DNA from: an uncultured delta proteobacterium | Lineage (GTDB): Bacteria > Desulfobacterota > RBG-13-43-22 | Length of the DNA stretch: 64,000 bases | NCBI GenBank assembly: GCA_963790475.1 | Contig: CAWBOS010000001.1 | Span: forward strand, 1-64,000 | Direction: 5' to 3' | Part shown: one piece after another, positions 10,674-20,226 of the stretch | Layout of the letters: every line of letters begins with the position of its first letter | Numbering within the stretch: position 1 is the first letter of the stretch | Position numbers and translations under genes: made by a program | Notes under the pieces: generated by a model | What the model saw: only the letters and a program-made list of their open reading frames with translations | Databases searched by the model: none | What the model was told of the DNA's origin: nothing

Positions 10674-11658
10674 TTACTTTGGCAGGCTGTTGATGATTTC
10701 CTCAACAATCTCATCGGGGTCTATCCCTTCGGCTTCCCCTCGGAGGTTGAGGATGATTCGATGCCTCAAGGCGGGCTTGGCCACTGCCCTGATATCATCC
10801 AAGGAGACGTTAAAACGGTCCTCAAGAAGGGCCATGACCTTGCCGGCCAATACCAGGCTTTGCACACCTCTGGGACTGACTCCATATCGAACATATTGCC
10901 GTGCCTTGGGGACGGAATCTTTTTCTTGGGGGTGGCCTGGCCATCACCATCCTTACGGCGAAGTCTTTGACATGGGAGGCCATAGGGACCTCCCTGACCA
11001 GGGACTTCATCTCCAGGATGGAGGCGGCTCCCACCGTCTGAGAAAGGACCGGCAGGGCCTCCTCTGTGGTTTTGTCGATGATCTCCAAAAGTTGATCCGA
11101 GGTGGGATAATCAATTTTGAGTTTGAAGAAGAAGCGATCTACCTGGGCCTCCGGGAGAGGATAGGTGCCTTCCATTTCCAGGGGATTCTGTGTGGCCAGA
11201 ACAATAAAGGGCGGATCCAGGGGATATTTTTTACCAAAGACCGTGACGGCCTGTTCCTGCATGGCCTCCAGCAGGGCGGACTGTGTCTTGGGGGTCGCCC
11301 GGTTGATTTCATCGGCCAGTATGATCTGACCGAAAATGGGCCCCTGGTAAAATTCAAAGAAACGGTTCCCGTCCGTATCCTGATTGACAATGTTGGTACC
11401 GACGATGTCCGCCGGCATAAGATCGGGGGTAAACTGAATTCGGGAATACTTCAGGTTAAGGACCTCTCCCAGGCTCTTTACGATCAGGGTCTTCCCCAGA
11501 CCGGGGACCCCTTCAATCAGGGCATGGCCCCCGCAGAGCAGACAGATGAAGACCTGCCGGATGAGTTGCTCCTGCCCGACAATAACCCTGGAAAGTTCGG
11601 CCTGAAGCTGCTCCAGGCTCTTTTTGACCCTATCCGCTTGTTCATTGATTTTTGTCAT
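10674..11658 (-). CDS. moxR: MoxR family AAA+ ATPase (one +1 frameshift near 10936)
   Basis: EGVPGLGKT Walker [42 protein letters not shown]. Removing one base in CCAGG at 10936-10940 restores ASHPQ...[11 protein letters not shown]...ALRHRI and joins ORF 10674-10865. ATG at 11658. Confidence 0.92.
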
Positions 11659-13152
11659 CCTGCTTTTTTCCTTTTTCCTGCCTGATGGATAGAAAATAGT
11701 GTTTAATGTATTCCCTGTACTCCTGGGGAATCTTTTCTTTAACGAGAACCGCTTCCATTTCCCTTCGATAAGAAGCGGGGATCTCCGGCGGGATTTCCTC
11801 CCGGCCAGTTTTCGTATTTCCAAAAAGGGGTAAGGCTCGTACCTGGAAAGAAGGTCCCGGTTCCGGGCCTGAAGGCCCCCCCCTTCTTTAAAGGAGGGAC
11901 CCTTTCCCCCCTTGAGTTCAGAGGGCAGGAGCCTTTCCCCTGTTCCCTTTGTAGTTCCGGCTGTGAAGCCATCGTCATCATCCCGGCCTTGGGGTCGTTT
12001 TCCCGCCTTCCGTTCTTCCTCCGTCCCTTTCCCGGGCGTGGGAGGCATGGGGAGCCTGGTCTGTTCTTTTTCCAGGGCAAGAAAGGACCTGGCCTCTCCG
12101 GAAGATTGTTTTCCTGAATTTTTCCTGGGTTCTCCCTCACCCGAATTACCCTTTCCCCGTTTCGACAGGAGGGATCGTTCGTCACCGGTAGGTTCTGAGG
12201 GGATGGCCTGGTTGATGGTCTTGTCCAGGAACTGCTCTAAATCGAGTTTTTCACCCATACGGGAGATATCTTTGGCAATGGATTCCGGGAGACCGCCTTC
12301 AAAAAGGTCCTTTAATTGCTCGGTCAATTTCTCCAGGTCCTTGGTCGTTGTCAGCTCTTTGGGAATGGTGAAAGGGTTGGCCGGTCCCGGGGAACCGTGG
12401 GCATTCAAGTCCTTTTCCAATTTCCGGGTAAGGCGAAGGCGTTCGGCCAGGGCCTCTTTTTTCATCTCGCCCAGAATGAGGAGCAGCTTCTCCGGTTTCA
12501 TGGATTGACTCTGAAGGTCCTTGGCTATTTCCTCCAATTGTCGGTAAGGCTCCCCCAGGGACTGGTCATTCAATCCTATGGTTTCGCGGATCTTCTCTTT
12601 GGAAAATCTTTCTATGGCCTTACCCGCTCGGGCGAGCCTTTCCTGTGTTTTTTCCCCTGCGGGTTTCAGTGGGGAAAAATTAAAGAGGCTGAGCCCCAAC
12701 AGGATGAAGGCAAACAAAGGGATAAGGACATAAGCCGCGGAGAAACCGGGAGGATAGAGTTTGTTCTTCGGGAGCCCTTCAAGGACTCCCCCGGCATCCG
12801 CCATTAATTCCTCCCTGAACCGGGATTCCTTTCCCGATTGCCGATATTCAAAGGCGGTGCTCAGCCGTTCTTTTAGTCGGAGTTTGGAATCGATTGCGAT
12901 TAATTCCGAAAGAAAGTCCTTTCGGGTGAGCCGGTGGAACAATAGGGACAGTCCGAAGGAAAGCAGGGTCAAAACCGGGTAGATGGAAATGCCAGCCCCC
13001 GGGAAATAAAATATTTTTTGAAATCCAAGGGCAACCGCATTCAGGATCAGGGAAAGGGCGAGGAACCAGACTGTCAAGGAGAGAAGTCTCCTTCTTTTTC
13101 TCCACCTCAAAAGGGTGTCAATCCTTTCTTCAAAGACGGAGTCGCCGTTCAC
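11642..13152 (-). CDS. Membrane-anchored coiled-coil protein of MoxR operons (frameshift in G8 run at 11876-11883)
   Basis: N-terminal TMs, [16 protein letters not shown] motif, helical and Gly-rich middle. One extra G gives the C-terminus [29 protein letters not shown] and a stop at 11642 overlapping the moxR start. Confidence 0.75.
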
Positions 13153-13906
13153 AGGGTACCCCTTTGGCGGTTTTTCGCCTGATGATCCATTGATTGGCCA
13201 GTGAAAAAATCAGAATGGCTGAGAGCACCACCAGGAAATAGGGGGAAGGGGTGAGGATGACCGGTCCGATGGGCACTCTTTCCCCATAGTGGAGTTTAAC
13301 CAACAACAGGACCGGATTTAGCGACGGCGCGATAAAAGCGGTGGCGAATAGAAAAAGGACATAAAAGGCCCGCGCCCCCAGATATCCGGACACTCGCCAT
13401 CTTCCCCAAATCAGAAGCAGAAAAAAGGAAGCCTGACGGCATAACAGGGAAGCAGTAAATAGAATGGCCAGGCCCAGAAAAAAGGCTTGCAGGGAAATTC
13501 CGCTGGCAGTCGCTCCCAGGATCAGGAAGGGGAGCATCAGAAGGTGGAATACCAGGGTGTGAAGCACGGAAATGGGAAATCCGTAAGATAGATAACCCCG
13601 TTCTTCCTCGAAGGTGATGAGGCCCTCCCTTTCCAACCTGGCGAAGAAGCTATCAGGAATAATTTCCCCTTGAGCGCAGCGGAGATTCAGATAGGAAACC
13701 ATGATCAGGCCGCCGGCAAAAGTAGCCAGGAAGGTCTGAGGAATCCGGAAGCCTTCGAGGTAATGGGAAAGAGACCTGAATGGCCAGGTAAGGACCAGGA
13801 TGATTCCCAGCACCCAAAGACATCCCATGGTAATCGATACCATGCTGGAGGAAAAGATGGGGGCCAGATCCCTTTCGCTCTCACCAAAAATAGAGTCCAT
13901 TTTCAT
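13130..13906 (-). CDS. Multi-pass membrane protein (possible ABC-2 permease-like)
   Basis: About 6 hydrophobic segments; overlaps the next gene; operonic position. Start uncertain. Confidence 0.6.
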   Translation of the reverse strand: MKMDSIFGESERDLAPIFSSSMVSITMGCLWVLGIILVLTWPFRSLSHYLEGFRIPQTFLATFAGGLIMVSYLNLRCAQGEIIPDSFFARLEREGLITFEEERGYLSYGFPISVLHTLVFHLLMLPFLILGATASGISLQAFFLGLAILFTASLLCRQASFFLLLIWGRWRVSGYLGARAFYVLFLFATAFIAPSLNPVLLLVKLHYGERVPIGPVILTPSPYFLVVLSAILIFSLANQWIIRRKTAKGVPCERRLRL

Positions 13907-14012
13907 GAAAGCCCCTCAAAGAGTAACAGGGAATTTCGGGGTTCCCGGCAACCCGTTCTTCCCCCGGATGCTTTAAATATTTCCTGATCTTTTTTCATCA
14001 TTCAATGACCGG

Positions 14013-15959
14013 TCATGTTTCCAAGGGGATTTCCCATTCCAGCAGACTGACACTGTCCGGGAAGGCGGTTTTATTCTTCAGGGGTTCCGGAAATATCAGT
14101 GAGTCGATCCGGCCGACAAGAAAAATCCGGTCTGTTCTTGATTGGTTTCTTTCATGAATAGAGATCCACAAGTCTTTGGTTAATTCCATTGCTATTTTCT
14201 TTCGAAAGAACCCGGGACCATTCCCCGGTCCGGTTTTCAGGATAGCCTCAACCTCTTTGGAGGTAAAGGTATTTTTCGGGTCCAAGTTCTTCAGGTTCAG
14301 ACTTTTGGTCAATTTTTCCTCTGCGCCAATATTTCCGAAGGCAAAGAGATGGCCCCCATAATAAACATTACAATTCATGATGGGAAAGGAGGAAAGGTTT
14401 TCAACGGTAAGGAACAGATCCTGTTCACGCAATTGGGCTTTAGCTTGAATGGGGAACTCCCCGAAGCCGGATAGGGAAAAAAAACGATAAGACCAGCGAT
14501 GAAGGGGAAAGAGGAGGGAACGGGTTTCCCTGGATTCATGGAGGGCATAGTTGTGGAATTCCTCCAGGTCGGCATGCTGTAATGGAATGTTGTCCAACAG
14601 TAGATCGTCGGGTCCCAGGGGAAGTCTGAACTCCCCGTCTTTTTGGGTATAGATGCCCAAATAATATTTCCATTGAGCCAGGGGTGGTCGGCCGCTGACT
14701 TTCATATGAAGGATCCCGTTCATTGAAAGTCTGTATTTGGTTTGGGTCAAGAAACCTAACCCGAAGCAGGTCGAAGAAAACAGGAAAATCACCAGACCGA
14801 GAAGAAGGAGGGTCTTTAATACCTGTTTCGGTTTGGTTTGAATTCTTTTCAGGAGAAAATTTGCCAGAAGAATGTACCCCAGCAAAAGGGGAAAGAGTAT
14901 CAGGAAGGAAGGAAACCGGGCCGGCATTGTCGAAAGCAGGAGAGAGAAAAACTTTTCTTCCTCCGGATGAAAGGGAACAGTCTCCGCTGCTGGTCCCAGG
15001 CGCAATATTTTTTCCCAAAAGGCCCCCTTGCCGGGCCAATCCCTGAAGGAGGAATCCGTAATGTCAAAGGCAAAAAATAAGATTTTTCCCAAACCAATCT
15101 TTTTTTCGAGAATGAGGGAAAGATCCCTGTCCCGGAGCAGGGTTTCAGCCTGAGGGGCGGTTACTTTCAAAAGCAGGAAAGGATCCCTGGACACCATTCT
15201 GATACCGCAAAAGGCTTGCAGTCCGGGTATCTCCCGGACCCGTTCGAGTCCCACAACACGGAGGGACATGAGATGCCCGAGCCTCTCCAGGGAGAGGGAG
15301 GTTTCGTACAGACTTCCGGCCGTGATCACATATCCCCCGGACTTTATCCACTGGGTGATACCGGCGAATTGTCGCGGTTGAAGTTCTTTCCACAGGCCCG
15401 CTTTCAGAATGAGGCCTTTGACCCCATGATAACCATACCAGGTCTCCGGGAGAAAACGGATCGGTGTATAAACAGACTGGTATTCTTCGGTAACCAGCGG
15501 CGACAGGTCCTTGAGATTTTCCCCGGCAAAAATCAGAAGAGGTTTGATGGTATAGTGTCCCCGCAGGTTGATGGATTTGGAAAGGATGATTTCTTTTTCT
15601 TTTCTTAGTCGAATGATCAAGGGATGCACATAGGAATCGATGAGGATGGTAAACCCATAAGTTTTTTTGGAATGGGTGGGGAGATCCACGTCCAGGGAAT
15701 AATTCGTGTGGGCGATATCATTTTGATACTCGCTCCCGGAAGTTACCACCACTTCCAGTTGCCCCTGGATGCCCTGGCGCCCGTTTTCGATCACCACCGT
15801 CAGCGGAGTCCATTCCTTAAGTCTGAATACTCCGTTAAAACCTAAAGTGGGTTCCATTTCTATTGATTGAGCAGGCGCGGATTGGGGAAATAACAGGATC
15901 GTAAAAAAGAAGAACAGAAAAAGAAATTTAATGAAACATCGGGAGATACTAAAACCCAT
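14013..15959 (-). CDS. Exported/membrane protein, first gene of the MoxR operon
   Basis: Signal-peptide-like start, GFNGVFRLKEWTPLTV, LPETWYGY and WIKSGG (GATase-like) segments, two internal TM helices. Confidence 0.7.
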   Translation of the reverse strand: MGFSISRCFIKFLFLFFFFTILLFPQSAPAQSIEMEPTLGFNGVFRLKEWTPLTVVIENGRQGIQGQLEVVVTSGSEYQNDIAHTNYSLDVDLPTHSKKTYGFTILIDSYVHPLIIRLRKEKEIILSKSINLRGHYTIKPLLIFAGENLKDLSPLVTEEYQSVYTPIRFLPETWYGYHGVKGLILKAGLWKELQPRQFAGITQWIKSGGYVITAGSLYETSLSLERLGHLMSLRVVGLERVREIPGLQAFCGIRMVSRDPFLLLKVTAPQAETLLRDRDLSLILEKKIGLGKILFFAFDITDSSFRDWPGKGAFWEKILRLGPAAETVPFHPEEEKFFSLLLSTMPARFPSFLILFPLLLGYILLANFLLKRIQTKPKQVLKTLLLLGLVIFLFSSTCFGLGFLTQTKYRLSMNGILHMKVSGRPPLAQWKYYLGIYTQKDGEFRLPLGPDDLLLDNIPLQHADLEEFHNYALHESRETRSLLFPLHRWSYRFFSLSGFGEFPIQAKAQLREQDLFLTVENLSSFPIMNCNVYYGGHLFAFGNIGAEEKLTKSLNLKNLDPKNTFTSKEVEAILKTGPGNGPGFFRKKIAMELTKDLWISIHERNQSRTDRIFLVGRIDSLIFPEPLKNKTAFPDSVSLLEWEIPLET

Positions 15960-16202
15960 CTCAGGGATGCCCTTTCAACCAGAGCGCACTTTGAGAGAAA
16001 AATTGGATAAATGTTTTCTCTTAAAAAAAAAGTATAAGGAAAGTAAGAGGCATTATCAAGGGGAAAAAAAGGAGGAATACAAAGGGGCTTGATGGTGAGG
16101 GGGCTAAAAATTTCAGGAAAAATAGTCTACCGGCCGGGTATCTTTTTGAGTCGGGTCTCCGAGGGTTGTACCTTTGGCAATACTTGAAGGAGAAAATACC
16201 TG

Positions 16203-16230
16203 TTGAAAAAAATCAGGAATGGGGTAGCAT
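16203..16230 (+). promoter_or_regulatory. Possible sigma70 promoter for meaB
   Basis: TTGAAA-16 nt-TAGCAT upstream of the ATG at 16284. Confidence 0.3.
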
Positions 16231-16283
16231 AACACCCTCAAGACTCAAGGCCTGAGAACCCGAAAGGAATTTCTATAACTACG

Positions 16284-17252
16284 ATGGACCGGACTCAAAA
16301 AATTATTGCCGGGGACCTCCGGGCCGTGGCTCGGTTGATCCGTGATATTGACGACGGCCTGCCTGAGGCCAGAGTAGTCCTGAAAGAACTCTATCCTCAT
16401 ACCGGTCGGGCCTATGTCATCGGGATTACCGGATCGCCGGGGGTTGGCAAAAGCACCCTGGTGGATCAAATGATCCAGAATCTGCGCGCTCGCGGGAAGA
16501 CCGTCGGAGTATTGGCTGTGGATCCCACCAGCCCCTTCAGCGGCGGGGCCATTCTCGGCGACCGCATTCGTATGCAGCGACACAGCACCGACGAAGGGGT
16601 CTTCATTCGCAGTCTGGCCACCCGGGGTCATTTCGGCGGGCTCACGCCTTCGACCCGCGGGGCCATTGCCGTGTTGGACGCCATGGGTAAGGATTATATT
16701 TTGGTCGAAACCGTCGGAGTGGGACAGGATGAAATAGAGATCGTCCGGGCCGCCCACAGCACTCTGATTGTTCTCATTCCGGGCCTGGGGGATGATATCC
16801 AGGCCATCAAGGCCGGCATCCTTGAAGCCGGAGACCTCTTTGTCATCAACAAGTGCGAACGGGAAGGAATGCAAAAAACCCGGCAGGAACTTCAGATGAT
16901 GATCGAGATGGATAAAAAACACAAAGTGAAAGCGGGCTGGAAGCCGACGATCTTTGCTACCGAAGCGGTTAAGAACGAAGGGATTGAAGAATTGATGACC
17001 GGGATTGAAGAACATCGGGCTTTTCTTTTTCAAAAAGACCAGGCCTATTTTGAACGGTTTCAAAGAGACCGGGCGCGAATGGAACTTTTTGACCTGGTCA
17101 AGCAGGATGTTGTGCAGGCGGTCATGACCCATCTGACCGGTTCGGGCCAGTGGGATCAATTCATTGAGGAACTGGTTTGTAAAAAAAACGATCCTTACAG
17201 CGTAAGCCAACAGATCATCGACCGCTATTTCGATGAGTGCAAGACTGTTTAA
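16284..17252 (+). CDS. meaB: MeaB/ArgK GTPase, cobalamin mutase metallochaperone
   Basis: GITGSPGVGKS, AVDPTSPFSGGAILGDRIRM, VETVGVGQDE, GDDIQAIKAG, INK motifs. Confidence 0.95.
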   Translation: MDRTQKIIAGDLRAVARLIRDIDDGLPEARVVLKELYPHTGRAYVIGITGSPGVGKSTLVDQMIQNLRARGKTVGVLAVDPTSPFSGGAILGDRIRMQRHSTDEGVFIRSLATRGHFGGLTPSTRGAIAVLDAMGKDYILVETVGVGQDEIEIVRAAHSTLIVLIPGLGDDIQAIKAGILEAGDLFVINKCEREGMQKTRQELQMMIEMDKKHKVKAGWKPTIFATEAVKNEGIEELMTGIEEHRAFLFQKDQAYFERFQRDRARMELFDLVKQDVVQAVMTHLTGSGQWDQFIEELVCKKNDPYSVSQQIIDRYFDECKTV

Positions 17253-17279
17253 TTTAAAGATAATTCAAAGTTCAAAATT

Positions 17280-17413
17280 GACGAACTCCTAAAAAGTCGT
17301 CACCCCTGGCGAAAGCCGGGGTCCAGGTGGCTTCTAAGTGATTGAAGCTCCTGGATTCCGGCTTTCGCCGGAATGACGAAATTGGACTTTCAGCGACTTT
17401 TTACGAGACCATC
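17280..17413. mobile_element. MITE family A copy 1 with internal REP-like hairpins
   Basis: Ends GACGAACTCCTAAAAAGTCG / CGACTTTTTACGAGACCATC; internal CTGGATTCCGGCTTTCGCCGGAATGAC; 6-bp flanks aaaatt/aaaatc. Confidence 0.8.
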
Positions 17414-17475
17414 AAAATCTAAAGAAAAATATTTCAATTGATGCCTTGAATATTAAAATATGAGAGGAGAGACCG

Positions 17476-18618
17476 ATGAGCAGTAAATATCCATCCCTGT
17501 TTTCGCCGATTCAAATAAAAAACCTGACCTTGAAAAACCGGATCACCATGGCCCCCCTTTACCTGGGGTATGCCAATCCGGATGGTTCGGTCAGTTCTTT
17601 ACTCCTCGATCATTATCAGGAAATGGGCTCTTCCGGAGTTTCTCTGGTTGTGGTAGAAAATATAGGCATTGATCCCCTGGGCATAGGTTCCCCTTTTACA
17701 ATGCGCATCGACGAGGAGCGTTTTCTCTTCGGCCTTTCCGGACTGGCCAAGACCATCCATCAACAGGGGACCCTGGCCATTGCCCAGATCAACCACGCCG
17801 GTCGTTACGCCTATATGCCCGAGAAAATTGCCCCATCCCCGGTCGTCACCTTTGGCTCCGTTCCCCGGGAGATGAAAGAAGGTGATATTGAACAGGTCAT
17901 CAAAGCCTATGCTACAGCGGCCGGCAGGGTCAAGGAAGCCGGGTTTGACGGAGTGGAACTTCACGGCGGGACCGGTTATTTGCTGGTCCAGTTTCTTTCT
18001 CCGCGAACCAATCAACGATCCGATGCCTATGGCGGGTCCTTTGAAAACCGGATGCGTTTTCCCCTGAGAGTGGTTGATGAGGTTTTAAAGAATGTGGGGC
18101 CGGATTTCCCGGTGGGCTATCGTTTTCTGGCCGATGAATGGCAGCCCGACGGGTTGCACCTGGAAGAAACAACCCTTTACGCCAAAGAACTGGAAAAAAG
18201 AGGTATTGCCTACCTGTCGGTCATGGCCGGTACCTATGATGTTTTTTTTGATCCCGATTATCTGCAGAAGGAAAAAGAAGAAGGGTATATGGTTCCTTTT
18301 GCCAGGGGGATCAAGAAAGCGGTCCCTCATATGCCGGTGATTGCCGCGGGAAGGATTAGAACCCCGGGATTTGCCGAGCGGATCATCAAAGAAAAACAGG
18401 CTGACCTGATCGGGCTGGCCAGGGTGTTATTGGCCGATCCCCTGTGGCCCAAGAAGGCCCTGGAGGGCTTAACGGAGCCATTGGTCGCCTGTGAACCTAC
18501 CTGCTCTTTGTGTATGAATCGTTTGGCCGGCGGGAAACCGGTCTTCTGTTCCCGATGGAGCAGGGCCCGTCAGAAACAGTTTTTGGAACGGATCGGAGAA
18601 AAGCCAGCCAAGGATTAG
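17476..18618 (+). CDS. NADH:flavin oxidoreductase (Old Yellow Enzyme / DCR-like TIM barrel) with C-terminal Cys cluster
   Basis: LKNRITMAP, QINHAG, AGFDGVELHGGTGYL, RSDAYGGSFENRMRF, ARVLLADP; C-terminal CEPTCSLC...C. Confidence 0.92.
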   Translation: MSSKYPSLFSPIQIKNLTLKNRITMAPLYLGYANPDGSVSSLLLDHYQEMGSSGVSLVVVENIGIDPLGIGSPFTMRIDEERFLFGLSGLAKTIHQQGTLAIAQINHAGRYAYMPEKIAPSPVVTFGSVPREMKEGDIEQVIKAYATAAGRVKEAGFDGVELHGGTGYLLVQFLSPRTNQRSDAYGGSFENRMRFPLRVVDEVLKNVGPDFPVGYRFLADEWQPDGLHLEETTLYAKELEKRGIAYLSVMAGTYDVFFDPDYLQKEKEEGYMVPFARGIKKAVPHMPVIAAGRIRTPGFAERIIKEKQADLIGLARVLLADPLWPKKALEGLTEPLVACEPTCSLCMNRLAGGKPVFCSRWSRARQKQFLERIGEKPAKD

Positions 18619-18688
18619 ATTCTTGAAATTTCGAAAATTACTTCTTTCGTATTTGTTTAGCTTTTTGAAATTATGAATACTTTTTTGA

Positions 18689-18819
18689 GATGAACTCGCA
18701 AAAAGCTACCGAAGCCCGCATTAGTCATTCCGGCGAAAGCCGGAATCCAGTGATTTTAAGTAGTTTTAATCTCCTGGACCCCGACTTTCGCCGGGGTGAC
18801 GCCTTTTTGCGAATCCGTC
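18689..18819. mobile_element. MITE family A copy 2
   Basis: Ends GATGAACTCGCAAAAAG / CTTTTTGCGAATCCGTC; internal GTCATTCCGGCGAAAGCCGGAATCCAG; flanks ttttga/ttatga. Confidence 0.8.
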
Positions 18820-18825
18820 TTATGA

Positions 18826-18988
18826 GAGGATTTACAGGATTACCCGGATCTCTAAGCCTTTCCGGGAGAAAGGCACAAACTGTATCGTCCTGCCGATTAA
18901 AGCCTTAGTTCCCACTTGAATCGGATCAAGGTTGCTCAGGGTCCTCCGGGACCTGAGCAAATAACATGTAAATCCTGTTAATCCTGTC
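18826..18988. repeat. Inverted nonamer repeat element with internal palindrome
   Basis: AGGATTTACAGGATT at the left, AATCCTGTTAATCCTGT at the right; hairpin TTGCTCAGGGTCC...GGACCTGAGCAA at 18932-18960. Confidence 0.55.
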
Positions 18989-19043
18989 GGATATTTCTTT
19001 TCATAAGTTTAAAATTCCACCTTCTTCAAAAAAAGGAATAACC

Positions 19044-20141
19044 ATGAAACTGTTCGAACCAATAACCATAAAAGGGATGACCTTAAAAAACCGTATCGTC
19101 ATGCCGGCCATGCAAGTGATGCTGGGTTTAAAAAACCGGCGGGCCCGCGCCTTTTACCTGGAGCGGGCCCGGGGGGGCGCAGGGGCGATCATTATGTGCG
19201 CTACCTCGGTGGACCTTTTTCTGGAAGACGAGGCCTGGGGCCGGCCGGGTGGAGCGCGTCGGTTTATAGAAAGCATGCAGGCCATCACCGAAGAGATCAG
19301 GAAGGCGGGGGCCAAGATAGGCATTCAAATCTGGCACGGAAACCAGCTGCCTCCGGGAAACGGCGCCTCTGTGGTTCCCGGCGCGCAATCGGTGGCCCCT
19401 TCGGCGGTGGATGACAGGCGGGCACTGACCAAAGATGAAATCCGGTCCATTATTCAAAAATTCGGGTTGGCTTCGGCCAAGGCCAAAGAAGCGGGGTTTG
19501 ACTTTGTCGAAGTGCATGGCGCCCATGGGTATCTGCCCTGCCAATTTTTTTCAGGGGCGGATAACCGGCGCCGGGATGAATATGGCGGGGATCTTCAGGG
19601 AAGAATGCGTTTCGGTCTGGAGCTGGTCGAATCCATGAGAAAGCAGGTCGGAAAGGATTTCCCGATTTTCTATCGCATCGGGGCCGAAGAGAAAAGACCG
19701 GGCGGAATCACGATCAAAGAGAGCCAAGCCTTTGCCGCCAAGCTGGAAAAGGCCGGTGTCGATGTCTTTGATGTCTCCATAGGCCTTCCCATGGGCCGGA
19801 ACGCCTCACCTACCAAGCGGGCTAAAATGGGAACCTTTGCCCACTTGGCCGAGGCCATAAAAAAATCCGTTTCTGTTCCGGTGATGACTGTGGGACGGAT
19901 TAATTTGCCGGAAGTAGCGGAGTCGATATTAGAAGAGGGGAAGGCCGACCTTACTGGTATTGCCCGCCAGTTGCTGGCCGATCCTTATTGGCCGAAAAAG
20001 GTTCAGGAGGGCAGGGTCGAAGAGATCGTGGCCTGCCAATCCTGCAATACCTGCTTTATTCCCATGCGGAGTGTTACCTGGAAACCCGGTAATCCTATTT
20101 GTGCGGTCAATAAAGAGGCGGGCCGGGAAGTGGACCGCTGA
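19044..20141 (+). CDS. NADH:flavin oxidoreductase (OYE/DCR-like) with C-terminal 4Fe-4S motif
   Basis: LKNRIVMPAM, GFDFVEVHGAHGYL, RRDEYGG, ARQLLADP, CQSCNTC...CAVN. Confidence 0.92.
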   Translation: MKLFEPITIKGMTLKNRIVMPAMQVMLGLKNRRARAFYLERARGGAGAIIMCATSVDLFLEDEAWGRPGGARRFIESMQAITEEIRKAGAKIGIQIWHGNQLPPGNGASVVPGAQSVAPSAVDDRRALTKDEIRSIIQKFGLASAKAKEAGFDFVEVHGAHGYLPCQFFSGADNRRRDEYGGDLQGRMRFGLELVESMRKQVGKDFPIFYRIGAEEKRPGGITIKESQAFAAKLEKAGVDVFDVSIGLPMGRNASPTKRAKMGTFAHLAEAIKKSVSVPVMTVGRINLPEVAESILEEGKADLTGIARQLLADPYWPKKVQEGRVEEIVACQSCNTCFIPMRSVTWKPGNPICAVNKEAGREVDR

Positions 20142-20226
20142 TAACGGGAAGGCTCCTCGAGGCCGCCTGATATTTTTATTTATAAATTACCACAGCCGGA
20201 GTTATTTTTATACAACTTCGAGGTGT

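Noticed and set aside
10822-13152. 776-aa membrane-MoxR fusion ORF as a normal gene
   Set aside because: Explained by two single-base indels; repairing them gives two conventional genes with family-typical termini.
16245-17210. Long antisense ORFs (also 10516-11685, 23727-24719, 28563-29513, 41243-42235, 47433-48356)
   Set aside because: They lie opposite well-supported genes and show no motifs; typical shadow ORFs of GC-rich coding DNA.
18690-18908. Short ORFs over repeats (also 4825-5055, 20932-21120, 48661-48912, 52771-53100)
   Set aside because: They are translations of MITE/REP-like DNA without RBS or domain support.
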